Positions 13,552-28,022 are shown, counted from the first letter of the stretch. The stretch is DNA of 64,000 nt from Azolla caroliniana (GCA_043228905.1 JBHGNT010000001.1:868001-932000); one strand, 5' to 3'. Numbers and translations are program-made. The notes: generated by a model not told the origin, from the letters alone.

Positions 13552-14425
13552 CTTAGTAGTCATGAGTAACTTCTCATGATTGTTTTCTGTTTCTTTCTTT
13601 GTCATATGGCTGATTACTAGCATTTTGTAGTACGTATATCACACATGATTGTAGAGAGGTTTTCAATTCCTTTTTCTCTTTGTAAAACCAATTCTTTACA
13701 TCTTTATTGCTGAAACGTTTGCTTCTTTCTAAAGGTGAATGAAGTGCATTATCTACATTTGTAATTCCCTGAAATTCGATGACAAACTTGTTTCTGGTAA
13801 ATTCTTTCCATATTTGTGAGATAAAGCAAGGTATACCTAACAGTTCATGCGATTAAGCTTTTTACATTCATGATATTATAGGTTAGGTTTGATAATATCT
13901 TTACTTTATGGTAAATTCTTTTTGGAAAGGTTGTGAAATTTCTTTGCATGTTTTAGGTCTTTTAGTGTGTTCGTCACCACTGAATTGGGCAAATATACCC
14001 TGTAACTCTTTAGGTATTTATCAGAATTCCTCTAGGTTTCCAGAAATGACCTGAATCCCCCGCTCTGCTGTACCAGAGTCTGGTCTTCTGTTACTTTCTT
14101 GAGAAATCAGGAGTTTCATCCTTCATGCACAACATGATGGAAGGGATGATCTCTGGGAACCAAGTTCTTTCTTTTGTAGCCTACATACTGGATAAATGAT
14201 ATGACTTGTGAAGAACCTGTAAAGACCATGGGTAAAATATGGTTTGATGATCTAGCATTAATACTGATATACTTTTCGTGGATGCAAAGAATGCATCTGT
14301 AAAGGGTCACGGTGTCAAAGAAGTTTTTGTTTTCAATTTGAGGATGTACTTTAAAACAAAAGGAAAAAGTAAATTTGAGTTTTTCTATTAGGTTTCTTTA
14401 ATTTGATGAAAGTGTGAGTTATTGA

Positions 14426-14474
<49 letters not shown>

Positions 14475-14991
14475 GTATATGCTCAGCCAGCTTAAGTGCA
14501 TTTCATCTATATACTCAGGAGTACAACTAGTATTCATTGATAAGGCAAACAAACTGATGATAGATATATTTCCACGAATGTGGATGAGGTAAATATATTA
14601 GTCGAGATTATGAAAGGCGTGTGTCAAGATGTGATTAAATATAATAATGAAAACAATGCTAAAGCCTTAGATTACATGTACATGTTTAAGTTATGTTAAG
14701 CTACATCAGTATTTGGCAATTGCTGAGGCTATGGTTATAAGTCTTGGAACTTAATCCGAATCAATTGCAACTTAATATTTGTTTAAACCACAAATGTCAC
14801 CAAAATCCTTTCAATTGAGCTTGATTGGTTTGGAACTCTTTTTCCTTATCTTTAATGACTAAAGGACTATTCTCATAAGTATATGCTTGTTGTGGCTATA
14901 TAAGTCATATGCCCTCACCAATGCTTGATATTCACACAATCACCAATCATGGTTTTCAATATGTGCAAATGAGTCTCTTGTCCTCTTTGTC

Positions 14992-15198
14992 CAATCTATC
15001 ATAATGGGAAAGCGAGTGGGATACTTAGAAAATCTCCACTTCATTCATTACATGGTATCTTCCATACAATTATTACAAGAGTGAAAATGAAGAGAGCAAG
15101 TTTGAACAATCTATCATAATGGGAAACCAAGTGGGATACCTAGAAAATCCACTTCATTCACTACAAAGTATCTTCCATACATTTATTACAAGAGTGAA
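14992..15198. repeat. Imperfect direct duplication of a ~92-bp unit
   Basis: CAATCTATCATAATGGGAAA...TTACAAGAGTGAA at 14992 and 15107. Confidence 0.85.
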
Positions 15199-16288
15199 TA
15201 TTCAACACATATGTGCCCAAAGAGTGTTTTGTTCACCCACAAAGGTGTGAGTTGAGCATGATGTATATCTACATGTTCCTACAACCTTAAATTTATAATA
15301 CAATCATTAATCAAATGGGAAAAGATTTCCTTTTTCCTCTCTTGCTAGAAATACTGCATTTGCTCTCTATCTCTATGGATCGAAGCTCAATATCATTGAA
15401 AATTTGTTTAATCTTATCTATGTTTATGTCATGGTGCACTAGATAGGTATAGTTAAGGTGAAACAAGGTCCTAAATGTGAAATTGAACAACAATAAAGAA
15501 ACGGCCATAAAAGAAGAAATTGCAAAGATGTCCAACAAGTTTACATGATGATGTCCACAATATCCTTTGTGGTCGAGAATTTTGCAAAATGCACAAATAT
15601 AACCGTAATGGCTTCAAATTCTACAAATTGTCCAAAAAATATCACCCAAACATTTTGAAAAACGCCCAAATCTTGCAAAGCCCATGATGGTGTCATAGTA
15701 ACAACTCCTTGTTGTTGCACACCCAGTTAGGTTTGTGGCATTTTATGTGCATATCTATAGAACCTCCTATTCAATAACTACATATTTGTATGAACAATCT
15801 CAAGAGCATATATATATATATATATATTTATTTAATTGTAATATTAAATTGTAACGATTCTCACATGTCCAATGATAACTATTTTTGGTGTATGATGCAT
15901 GTTGCACTCGAAAGCTCGTGACAGATTCATAACAAAAAGCTCATTATATGGATAGTGTCATAGCAACTCCTAAATGTTGCTAAGACGCACTTGGTTAAGC
16001 CAAAAGTGCTCATGAAACCGATAGTATCATAACAATAGCTGTGTACCCATATATCGATCATTTCTGTAGCAAATGACTCCTTGTATCGACACACACCCAA
16101 ATAGGTACTCCTACTCTACACATCGTCCATAGAGGTCCATGATACAAACGTCCTATTATTACCAAAGCTCAAACACTCTTGGGACATTCACATAACGTAG
16201 AAAACACTGCAGATCGAAGAAGAAGAGGAAGAAGAAAGAAAAAGAAGGAAGACGAAGAAGGAGGAGGAAGAAAGTAGTAGAGGTAGCG

Positions 16289-19200
16289 ATGGCGAGCCGA
16301 GGAGGAGGAGCTGGATATGATCGACATATCACCATCTTCTCTCCAGAGGGACGATTATATCAAGTTGGTAAGGATTCTCTCTCTTTCCGTTTGCTTTGAG
16401 GACGTATTCTGCGTCTTCTCTCTGTTTCCGGCTTCTTCTCCTTTTCTCTTCTTCGTTTCTTTGCATCTTTAGGATTGGGAAATATAGTTAGGGTTTTCCT
16501 GAGAACGTTTCCGCATCTGTTTCCTCACTGAAGTGCGTTCCTTCTCTCCGCTTTCCCGCGTTGCATTTTAGGCTTTTCGGGCTTCTTCTACCTTATTTGT
16601 TCCTATTTTCAGGTTTTTCAGGGAGTTTTGGCTCTTCTTTTATTATTTTATTCCACTGGTTTTTAAGATCTGAAGAGATCTTTACGGGGTTTTAACAGCA
16701 TTTCTGCATTTTGTTTTTGTTTTTACTCTAGAATATGCATTCAAAGCTGTGAAAGCCTCTGGAATCACATCGATTGGTGTCAGGGGGAAAGATTCTGTCT
16801 GCGTTGTCACTCAACGTAAAGTTCCAGTGAGTTTCTATGGCTTTCTTCTCCTTAAAAGATTTGTGCTCTTGATTATGGAGATGTGGTTTCTTTTGTAACA
16901 AAAAGGTTTCTTTTGTAACTTACTACTATCCTAGCCCTGCCTGATCTTTATAAAGAATATGTTTGTGTTCAAGATAGTAGTTCCTTTGTTTATCCGAAAA
17001 ATTTATTGCCTTCTTTAACAGTGACTCTGACACAAAGCTTAATTTAGTTTATAGAGATTTGAAGTCTTGAAAGCTGTTTGCGCTGCAGCTTATGCAGAAT
17101 TTTTTCTTGAATATGATAGTTCTAACAAAAATACACTAGAGTATGCAACCATGGGGCAAAACGTACTTGATTGTTTATCTTGAAGATTCTTGTCCTTTGT
17201 AACATTTCTTTAAAATGGGAACAACGCGAGGTCAAATTTTTATAATAATGTAAATCATGTTAAAATATATTATTATGACTCCATACATGATACCAGCAAT
17301 GTGTAATGATAGAAACTTTTAACAATAATCAATGCAAATCCTATCATTGCAAGGGTGATGAAAAGGTTTATTAGAAAACGACCAGCAAGGAAATACAAGA
17401 ACGAGGAATGCCTGTCACATACTCCATTTTATACAAAGATCATCTTATGCCTTTAAGAAAAATATCCCAAGAGGCAAATAGCCTGATTATAATGGAGACA
17501 TCGAGTACTGGGATACATGGAGCATGGGCATATCACCAGCAGGTCATGGAGAACTTTGCTCACCATGTCTGATATACTTCACATGAACCAACATAAGATA
17601 CCATGTGTTCTCACCACCTCAGAATGGATGACTTGAATTCACCCATATTTTTCAATGAGGTTTCAAAGAGCTGTCCCAACTTTCTTTTCTCAGGCCACAA
17701 GTTAATGCCACCAATGAGGCCACATCCTTCTCCCTCCTCTCACTCACTCACTCTTTCTTTCTCTCTCTCTCTCTCTCTCTCCCTCTCTTCTTAGGAAGGA
17801 TACACACATCAAGATAACTTTTGTACTTAGGTCCTATGGGTCAATATTGGCCTCTCTATGGACGCTAAAATCTCTGTCTTTATCTCGCTCTCTCTCTCTC
17901 TCTCTACCTTTTCTCCTCTCCTCTCTGTATTACAGTCTAACACATCTCGATATCTAAACAGAGTCCTAATCTGATATTGTAGTTTTATTGGTCAGGCAAT
18001 GGGTATTTGGATTTCTCTATCATGACTTAATTTACTTTTGTTTTAAATTTGGATTATTATGTAGCCATGTTTAGTCAGTATCTGAAGGTGAGAACCCCGT
18101 ATTAATGCTTATGTTACATATTCTATTATATTGTGTTGTTTAATCTTTATTGAATAAACTCATTATTTCTTTTTCTAGGCTAGTTTTTTTTTGTGTTTGA
18201 TTGATTTTTCTCCCCTTCTTGTATGATTGGTTGCAGGACAAATTATTGGATCAGACAAGTGTGAGCCATTTGTTTCCTATCACAAAATACATTGGGTTGC
18301 TTGCAACAGGCATGACTGGTAGGATGCAAAGTGATGCATCATATTAAGTTCTTTAATTATATCTTCTCTTTGTTACTTTTTGGTTTTGCACATGTTTCAC
18401 TTTAAGCTGTTTAAATATGTTGCTACTTTGTGGTTTCTCAGCGGATTCCAGATCCCTTGTTCAGCATGCTCGGAATGAAGCTGCTGAGTTCCGGTTTAAA
18501 ATGGGCTATGAAATTCCCATAGATTATCTTGCAAAGAGGTAGGTGTATTACCTTTTACGTTCATATTAATGACAGTTTTTCTTTGTTCTTATATCTATTT
18601 TTTCAGACTTGCAGATAAGTCTCAAGTATATACTCAGCATGCATATATGAGACCTCTAGGAGTAGGTATAGAATTTGTTTTTCTTTAATCTTGTTGGTTC
18701 ATCTTCTTCCATCTTGTTCTCATCTTCAAATGTTCACTTACACGGAAACACGGGACCTGTTAACTTAGAATATTCTTGCCTTCTTATCCAAGACTATGGA
18801 TTTTGCTCATTGAGATTATCATTTTTTTAACACCAGCTGCTATGATTCTTGGTATCGACGAAGAATTGGGACCACAATTGTTCAAGTGTGATCCTGCAGG
18901 CCATTACGTTGGCTACAAGGTATAAGTTCATGAGTTTGTTGCACTCTGCACTTCATTGGGAGAGATCAACGAAAAAGTATATGAGATTAACCATCCAAAC
19001 ATTACCTTAGTAAGCATATCCTTGTTATTTGTGATGGAGTAGCTCTTGCATTTATTACTTCATTAGGATATTTAGCTATAGCGACAATTAGCCTGAAACA
19101 GGTCACCTTGAATCCACGTCATCGACAGTATAATGTGTCATTATGTAAGCATATCCATGTTATTTGTGATAGAGTAGCTCTTGCTTCTATTACTTCATTA

Positions 19201-20055
19201 GGATATTTAGCTATAGCGACAATTAGCCTGAAACAGGTCACCTTGAATCAACGTCATCGACAGTATAATGTGTCATTATGCAAGCATATCCTTGTTATTT
19301 GTGATAGAGTAGCTCTTGCTTCTATTACTTCATTAGGATATTTAGCTATAGTGACAAATTAGCCTGTAAAAGATCACCTTGAATCCGAGTAATCGACAAT
19401 ATAACGTGTCATTACATCCATACGTGAAAACATAAAATTAGCCAAGATAAATGTCATATGTTTATGTCTACAGCGACATATTATGGCTGTTTACTCATTG
19501 AAGAGTTATCATTCTGGCTCTTCATGTTGTCTTTACCTTGCATTTTGAATTTTCACCTTTATGTTTCCTTAATAGATCATATGTGAACAAATTCAAGAGT
19601 GTTCTTTGTTGATAGGCTGCAAGTGCTGGTTTGAAAGAACAAGAAGTCATCAACTTTCTAGAGAAAAAAATCAAGAATAACACAGAGCTATCATATGAAG
19701 AAACTGTTCAGGTATGGATCTTTGGTCTTTTTGCAAGGCAGGTCCAGTCAGATGTGTACAAGAAGTAAAGATCCATGATAATACTCATACTTCAATTGTT
19801 TCATTTGGATTTTGCAGACTGCCATATCTGCATTGCAATCGATTCTACTAGAAGACTTCAAACCAACAGAAATCGAGGTAATGTAAATATGTATCCAGTG
19901 TGGTTTATTTCAAACTTCAAAGGATGATCACCATCTATTCACAAGATACATTCTCAATGTAGGTTGGAGTGGTAAAGGCATCAGATCCTCTGTTTCGCAT
20001 TCTGTCTACAGAAGAGATTGATGAACATTTAACAGCGATTAGTGAACGAGATTGA
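16289..20055 (+). CDS. PAA1: 20S proteasome subunit alpha type-6 (alpha-1); exons 16289-16367, 16732-16826, 18237-18318, 18442-18538, 18607-18665, 18837-18919, 19616-19711, 19818-19877, 19963-20055 (247 aa)
   Basis: [33 protein letters not shown] alpha signature; [11 protein letters not shown]; FKCDPAGH; C-terminal [14 protein letters not shown]. The nine exons sum to 744 nt in frame. The ORF track misses it because the exons are short. Confidence 0.96.
19011..19414. repeat. 135-bp tandem repeat x3 in PAA intron 6
   Basis: Units begin (T/C)AAGCATATCC at 19011, 19146 and 19281. Confidence 0.9.
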
Positions 20056-21984
20056 TGCTTTAAAACTGCAACATTTTTTCCTCAAGTACTCAGAAAAGCA
20101 ACTCTTTATAAGTTAAAATGTTAGGTACTCTTATTCATTTCTAATACCCAAGAGTTGGTTATTTTGCATCGTAAACCCAAGAGTGAATATAGTATATACG
20201 TCACTGCAAATAGATCATTTTGGTTTCAAATTAGATGAGCATTTGGTGTGCATGGGCTTGGGGATGCCAGAATTGTGTTTTAACTGTGACATTTCTTTCA
20301 ATTCATTGGTCACCAGCCTTCTATGTTGATGTGACCGTTTGAGTGGAGAGAATTTTATACTGTTTTCGCTTAGGGGTATGTTGTATCTCAATGGATATCA
20401 TCATACTTGTCTTATTGAGCTCACCTATATGCTATAATTATGAAATATGATGTGCATCATCATTTATCATTGCCCCCTCAATTTCTTGTCTATTATCTCA
20501 TTTAATCATGAGGTCGTTTTCATATGATTTATGTTTTACAGATGTGATGGGTTGGATATATGTATAGTGATTTTGGAAGGCATTTAATACAATGAATTTG
20601 TAGCATGGAAATATTTAGTCAACAGAGATGGATATTTTAAGTTACGCAAAAGGTATTATTTTGCAAATTGCATAAAACCGTGATTAACATTGCAGCTAAA
20701 GAACTGCGTCCTTGTTGTACCATTAAGCTGCCTCTATTTAGTGCGAGTGCATGATTATTTAAAGATATCAAGGTTGGAAGTTTCATGTTACTAATGTGTT
20801 GGAAATATATGAAAATGCTTGTACATTTGTTACTTTCAAGTAAATAACTTACAGGCAGCTTTTTGCTTGAGGCTGTATAAGTTGATGTGTATAAGAAGAT
20901 GAATATATAGGATATGAGATGGTATGGGCAATAGAAATTAGGAGCCATGACATTCATGGACACGGCCATTGGTATTCTTGCTATCTCTTTGTGGTGCTAC
21001 AGAACAGGTTGTATACTCGTAATCTAGATGAATATACTGAGTTACACTCAACTTTCTATTACATATAGGAGTAGCTCACAATGGTGGTTCACTTGGCACT
21101 TACACCTTAGAGTTTAAATGTGATCTGGTCGACCACAAAGCTAGTTGTTACAGATAATACTCACAGTAATGTAAGAGAGACAATGGGTCTTTAGATTTAG
21201 TAGTGGGGATATTCCTTTTTTGTCAATGATGTGACATTTAATATTGCTAATGCTAGCAATACTGATCTTAGAGTCAATTTTATATCTTTTCTTGTCAATC
21301 ACAACTATGATTTCCCACATTGACACGTTGTCCATCCACTATGATCGGGTTGCACTATAGCTTCTTCTCCTTTGGGATGCTATTACAAAATGTGCACTCT
21401 AAGAATACATGGAGATCAATTTATTGCTTGAGGTTGATGATTGATTATATCTAATAGTTGTAGGTACACTGAAAGAGCAAGACAATAAAAAATCAAATAG
21501 TTAATATCAAATATTCTATGCCTTACTAAAATTCTATGATCTTCAACATACGTTGATGGTGGTTATTTGAATAATGAATGTACATGTCAAATGGTGGTTG
21601 TGTTTATAATCCTTGGGTACATTTTGGTGCCAAGATTCCCATCATGCTCTATTGTTTGACTTGTAGTTGATTGTTTATGGTGGTTAAGCAATTTGCTAGC
21701 ACCTTGATGCAAGTGTATTTCCATTCTGCAAGAAGTCTTGGTCTCCATTAACAATGGGCTTGGTTTCGACTAGAACCGAACCGAACCGTTAAACTGTGGC
21801 TTAACGGTTTATCGGTTCAAAGATAAATAAACAGTTTGGTTTGGTTTCAGTTTGGTTCGGATTTGACTTTAATGGTTTATCGGTTTCGGTTTAAAGGTTT
21901 ATAGGTTAAAAAATATTCTTAAATTTTCACCTCTACGCTCTAACTTATTAAATTTTATATGCAATATAAGTAGAGTCTCCTTTT

Positions 21985-22085
21985 GATGTATGATTATCAA
22001 ATTTATGATAAGTATGATTACCAAATTCATGGTATGTACGATGACCAAATTTATGATAGGTATGATGACCAAATTTATGACAGAT
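21985..22085. repeat. Degenerate 21-bp tandem repeat (TATGATGACCAAATTTATGAT-like) x~5
   Basis: Periodic YDDQIYD pattern in ORF 21983..22186. Confidence 0.8.
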
Positions 22086-22178
22086 TGATGATGATTTTCT
22101 CAGATAAATTCATAATATGTATGATAATCAATATCTCTAAAAAATGGTTTGGTTTGGTTTTGATTTATGATAAATTGG

Positions 22179-22895
22179 TGTCGTGATGTTTTTCGCCCAT
22201 GGTGAGAAAACCAAGCGGGATAGAGAAAACGGAGATGTGCAACATTGCACATGAACTTAGCGAAATTGTAACATAGGGACAAATAAGCAAATGTAAAGTG
22301 TAAGGAGTTAAGGTGCTCTACAAAGTTGTTAAGTGTGAATGTGATGTGCACTTTGTAGACTAGAGGGAGGTACATAGAGAATGAGTGTAAGAGTGAAGGG
22401 CATTGAGTAGGACGGCTAGAGGAGAGAGAGTTAAGGCCCATCAATCTTGAGATCGGGGCAAATATTCTCCTTTGAATGAAAAGGGGAATTGACCACTCCT
22501 ATTGTATTGTGCCTCACCCCTTACCACTATAAAAGGGAGTGAGGGGTCCCTTTTGAGGGGTTACCTATTTTGTGTATGGGAGGTATACCAATTAGTCTAG
22601 AGTTCTTACCATTTTAGGGTTAGGGTTTCCTTATTCATCTTCGGTTAGGGTTTTCTCATAGTCGTTTGGTATGGCCCATGCGGCCACCATTGTTGTAATC
22701 ATTCGTTTGTTTTAATATAACTTGTTGAGTATCTTGCCTCCGCCGATCTCTCATTCTATGTCATGCTCTTATTCTTACCTCTTCTCCTCTTGAGCTAAGC
22801 TTCCATATCATATCTTATTCTTTCTCCTCTACTCCCTCGTTCGAGACCCCTGTGGTTCCGCCCCTTTCTACACTCACGTGCGTAACAACGCGACA
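22179..22895 (+). mobile_element. Solo LTR A (TGTCGTG...CGCGACA family, related to D LTRs)
   Basis: TG..CA termini; 3' half similar to the D LTR (ATAGTCGTTTGGT..GCGGCCACCATTGT..CGTAACAACGCGACA); TATAAAA near 22528. The 4-bp flanks are TTGG and TCGG, differing by one CpG-type change. Confidence 0.88.
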
Positions 22896-23260
22896 TCGGT
22901 TTGGTTTGGTTTCAAGACCAAGAAACCGAACCGGGCCCATTGCTAGTCTCCATAAGAGGAGAAAAGTTGGTTTCACACATGATTCACAAGTACCCACTTC
23001 GATCTTTTGGCAATTTAGTTCTACAACCATACCACAAATGGAATAAGTGTTTTGTTTTTATCAAAATTGAATTTAAGTCATGAATGTTTGATATTGAGGT
23101 GAACAAGTTTGCCATTAACTTTACATTTGAATATGTGATTTACATATACTTTATATTTGAATGCTTGTATATCAATATAAAAAATGTTGATACAAATAAC
23201 AACCATATATGTATGCCTTACTTGATGGGGTAAAAACAAAAAACAGCACCATAGAGTGCA

Positions 23261-23980
23261 ATGGTTGGAGAAACGGAACTTCCAGCAAAACCCATTGTAC
23301 TTCATGAAGAAGACGGAACAAATCTTGACATCACCTTGTCCCTAGAGGCTAATCGGCTCTTAGTGGAAGAAATTGAACGCCTACATCGTACTTCCTTTGT
23401 ATGTAGGTTCCTTGCAGGTAGACCAAGTCATGGCATGGTTCGGGACATGCTCCAAGTGGCTGTGAAGGAAACCATGCCTCCGATCAAGAGTGTCCGGGGT
23501 TTGGGGAAAATTTTCTTCCACATTGAATTGGGGGATGGCGCATTGGCGCAACCATTGATAGAGCTCAAGGTACTTGAATTGAAGTACGGTAAGGTGTTGC
23601 TCCAGCCATGGTCACCAGGGTTCAATCCAATTGAGGAGGTGCAGAAACTTAACAATCCTAGGGTGATCACCGCAACATTTCCTGGCCTCCCTCCTCACTT
23701 GTGCCATTTGCTTCCTTTTTTTGGCAAACAAATAGGGACGATTTGCCCTAAAAAAATGTCTATGGCAGATATAGTAGCAGAGGTGCCCAAGCTACGCATC
23801 TTAGTGCCTTCCCTCCATGGACTTCCAACTAGAATTAGGCTCTACTTTGAGGAGCTAGGTCTCACAATGGTGAATGTGGTATATGAGGGACTCCCTGGGC
23901 AGTGTTTCATCTGCAAACAAAAAGGGCACCTAGCTAAGGAATGTCCTCGTAAGACTGGAAAAGGAAGCTCGGGCCCTTGA
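23261..23980 (+). pseudogene. LINE ORF1 (DUF4283-like + CX2CX4HX4C)
   Basis: LQPWSPGFNP; VVYEGLPGQCFICKQKGHLAKECP. The TGA is probably premature, as a degenerate tail continues to ~24690. Confidence 0.85.
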
Positions 23981-24697
23981 ACCTCAGGGAAGGCCGAGCC
24001 ACCCAAGGACAACGAGGCTCCTTGGCACCCTGTTAAGAAGCAGGGGAAACTTCGAAGCCTAGGTGCAGCCTCTCCCCCCCTCTTTCTAGACTGTCCCGTA
24101 GAAAGTTCTCCTACCTTGTCACCAGCAAGTGTGGACGAACAACCCTTGAAATGGGTGAAGATCCTCTCGGGGAGTGTGGAGGCGCACAACCTACAGGTGA
24201 GAACGTCCAACAGATTCACATTGCTCCAAGGGCTAGGGGATGGCGACCCAGAAGCGTTGGCAGCAACAATGTCCCCCTGCGAATCGTTGTCCCCCAAACT
24301 CGTGTTCTCCACCCCGATGGAGATGCAACCACAATAGGTATCGTCCACCCCATAGGAGATGTTGTCAAAGGCCCCCCTCAAGATGGAACGTGAATGTGGT
24401 GGTGACCTCAGATTAGTGAAGTTGTGGATCCGAACTGGCACGATCAAGAGAAAAATAGGCAGCCTATCACCTGGTTTGACGACGTGTCTTTGGGCTAGAG
24501 GGGTGCAGGATATGCAACCGCTGAGGAACCAAACTGTATCGCGGGAACTATTTGAAGTGGGTCGGGCACGACATGTTGGGGAATCCCTTAGGGGCTCTCC
24601 AATCTACTATGGAGTCCCTACCCCCAGAAGTAGATGATAGTTTGCCCCCTGACATGGGGGTCGGCCCCGACATGGGCGTCAACCTCACCGGCTTCAG

Positions 24698-27518
24698 ATG
24701 AGGATCCTAACGTGGAATGTGCAGGGCCTTGGTGGAGGCCGTCAACAACATGAGTGCAAAAGACTTCGGGAGGAGTTGAATCCCCTTAATATAGGGGGCA
24801 ACATTGACATATTGCTTTTGCAGGAACACCACCTCTCTCAAGAGAGAACTCAATGCCTAGTAAACCCCTTGTCGGGTGGATGGACCACATGGTGGTCGGC
24901 TACACAGGGTGACCTCCACCAAAGAGGACGGGTCTGCATCTCGATTAGCGATCAAGCCTGTTACGAAGTAACATCACATGGCATGCTAGTGGCGGGTAGA
25001 GCCTTATATGTGCTGATGAAGTGGAATCGCCTTCAGATTGGGGTGCTAAACATTTATGCCACTAACTCTTCCCCCAAGAGAGCAATCTTTTGGAGGATGT
25101 TAGCGACAACATTGCTTGATGCAGAGGCGTGGGTAATGGCCGGAGATTTCAACATGACTGAGCATCTGGGAGATAGGAAAGGGGGGACCCAAAGACCGCT
25201 TCATGGTGTGGAGTTGGACTCATGGGCTTTCCTAATTGGGAAAATTGGCGTGAAGGATACATGGGGCTCTTCCCTTAGGAGATGCTCGCATTCGCTACAC
25301 ATCTCTCGAGCTGTCGTGAATGCTTGGGGTGGTAGTCTTGCACGACTAGACCGCATATACATCAGCTCGTCCCTCGAAGAGCTGGGGGGCTCCTTCACTA
25401 TCTTGGCAAGTCTTACCTTCTCGGATCACCAGCCGATGAGACTAGACCTTAACCCACCCCGCGGAAGCAAGGGGAGTCTCATTGTGAAAATCCCCATAAA
25501 GATCATGAAGAGTGCAAAGGGGAAAGTAGGGTTGCAGAGCATATGGTGGGAGACCATTGTAAGTGGATCGGCCAGTGAGGATTTGCAGAAGAAACTGACC
25601 CTCTCCTCCATTTTACAACAGGAAACCAAGTTGGCCCTCCAGCAGGCTAGAGCCATTGAAACAAAATTACAGAAGTCCATTGCGGCTGCGCAATGATTGC
25701 TACAAGCAGACCCTAGCTGCAATTGGTCTAGAGCTAAGCTGGAGGAAGCAAAGTTGAAGCTACGGGAAAGGACGTTCGAGAAGAACCGCATGTTATTTCG
25801 AAGGGCCCCATCATGGTGGGCTAGAACAGATGGCAAGGTTAACCGTCATTTCTTTCACTCCATGGCACCCAAGGGTGGTGGTGGACATATACAGGGTTGT
25901 GCAGAGACCAGACGGCTCAATAACAGAGGACAAGGATGAGATTCTGCATAAGGCTACACAATACTATCGCGACCTGCTCACACCTATGCATATGCAGCAA
26001 AACACGGAGCTGGTTGAGAGAGTGATGGCTTGCATTCACCCCAAGGTCACCCATGAGATGGAAGTTGTGCTCGATAGCCCCATTTCTCGATTAGAACTCT
26101 CGGAGGCACTTAGGGATTTGCGGAGAGGAGCATGCCCCGGCCCTGATGGTCTCTCACGAGATTTTTTTGAGATTCATTGGGAAACTGTTATACCGTCAAT
26201 GGAAGCCGAGATTCCAGAGATTTGGTCCTCAAGAGCGATGCCAACTAGCCTGGTGGAGGGGATGATCTATCTCATCCCTAACGCGGCAGGGCAAAGCCTC
26301 GAGCTGCGCCAATGGCGTCCAATCATGATCCTTAACACGATATACAAGATACTCGCAAAAGTCCTAGCTAGGCGGATAACAAGCTTCCTACCGGACATCA
26401 TACATGAGAATCAAACAGGGTTTATCATGGGTAGGTGTATCTTTGATAATGTGCTGCTTCTCTGGGAAGTTATGGCATTGGTAGATCGCATCGCATCGAG
26501 CTCGGCTATTCTGATGTTAGACTTTGATTAGGCCTACGACAGGGTGTTATGGCCCTTTTTGGAAAGAGTGATGAGAGCTATGGGCCTTCCCCCGCAATGG
26601 AGGAATTGCACTTCTGCACTCTATTGGACTACTACTAGTAGCGTGTTGGTATCTGGTGCTAGGGGCCCCGCCTTCCAACTACATCGCTCAGTGAGGCAAG
26701 GTTGTCCCCTAGCCCCATATCTTTATCTATTTGTAACTGAGGCTTTCTCGGCCTACTTACAAGCACCAAGCAACGGACTGAGGGGATTGCCCTTACCCAA
26801 TGTGACTGAGGATCTTCTGTTATTTGAATATGTCGACGATACGGTCCTTTTCTTGCAGAGCGATGATGCAAATTTGCAGCGAGCTGAACATCTTGTTGAA
26901 GACTTTTGTCCGGCTGCTGGTGCCAAGATCAATTGGGATAAAACCCAAGGCCTCTGGTTCAGCGAACAAGAGATGCCAAGGTGGCATCCCCATGTTGATT
27001 TTGCATGGGTCCTTGATGGGACGAGATTCAAGTACCTCAGATTTACGATGGGGAGGGCAATCACCAAGGGAACACACTTATCCCATGTGCAAGCCAAACT
27101 AAGCAAGAAGTTGAACCAATGGAGCAGGTCTAAACTATCCTTCGCTGGTAGGGTTCTTATTGCGAACCAAGTGATGCTCGCCACCATGTGGCACTCAGTC
27201 TCGTGCTGGATTATGGACCCTTCACGCTTGCACGTGATTAAGGTTACCATCAGGGGTTTTATATGGTCAGGTAAGGACAACCCGATGGCTGCTGCTAGAG
27301 TATCATGGCATTGGTTAACTCAACAGCGGGCCAAAGGGGGGTTAGCCTCATAGACCCCTTAATGCAGAGGCGAGCATTGCTAGCCAAAATGGTGGTTCGT
27401 TGCCTCCTGCCAGGTAAGGGGTGTTGGAAGGTTCTACTTCGCAATAGGTTGCAGGCAGGGACTCAAGAGTATGGTAGGCCTTGGCCCAACTCCTTGAATT
27501 GGTGTTGCACGAGCGGAG
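24698..27518 (+). pseudogene. LINE ORF2 5' part (AP endonuclease + reverse transcriptase), with stops and frameshifts
   Basis: MRILTWNVQGL, LLQEHH, AGDFN, RLDRIY, SDHQP, PGPDG, WRPI, QTGF, LDFD*AYDRV, RQGCPLAP, YVDDT. Confidence 0.93.
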
Positions 27519-27950
27519 TGTTACCGATTAGGAACACGGTCTGCGGTCAGTCCTTCGACCTAGACCTCCAAGTGATTGTGAAACAACGAATGGTGGCGTA
27601 TGTGCATAATACGTAGGGGAATGTTCCCCGCAACCTAGCAGCATATAAGGGAGACGGCTTCAACCGACTCCTTATCAATGGTTACACGCTCACGTTCTTA
27701 CACTCTCAGGTATTCCAGACACACAATAGATTAGCCATAGCTATACATAGATTTTTAGAGAAGATAGAATTCTATTACGATACACTTCCAAAATTACACA
27801 CTACCTCTATTAGAGGTTTTCTGCCCTTTATATACGCAGGGTCTTTTTAGCCATTCACGCTTCCTGCGTGAACCGTTACATGCGTTATGATCTTATATTA
27901 TTTCTTATTCCTACGCTCTTGTCCGTCGGTTACTATTCCGGCGGACAACA
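27519..27950 (-). repeat. Element B 3' LTR (432 bp)
   Basis: Matches 49269-49709 apart from scattered substitutions and a 9-bp indel; TATATAAA on the minus strand. Confidence 0.95.
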
Positions 27951-28022
27951 CCTGGCATGCCTGTGGGACGTCGGACCCATCCCGTTAATCTAATTCCAAA
28001 ATGGCGCGGATGTTTGGCTCTG

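Noticed and set aside
17400-17730. Possible second PPR relic in PAA intron 2 (and at 550-800)
   Set aside because: Only scattered 4-5 residue matches across different frames.
21691-21698. ATTTGCTA / GTTTGCTA (52728-52735) as an 8-bp hAT TSD
   Set aside because: The adjacent left sequence is not an inverted repeat of the right end; probably coincidental.
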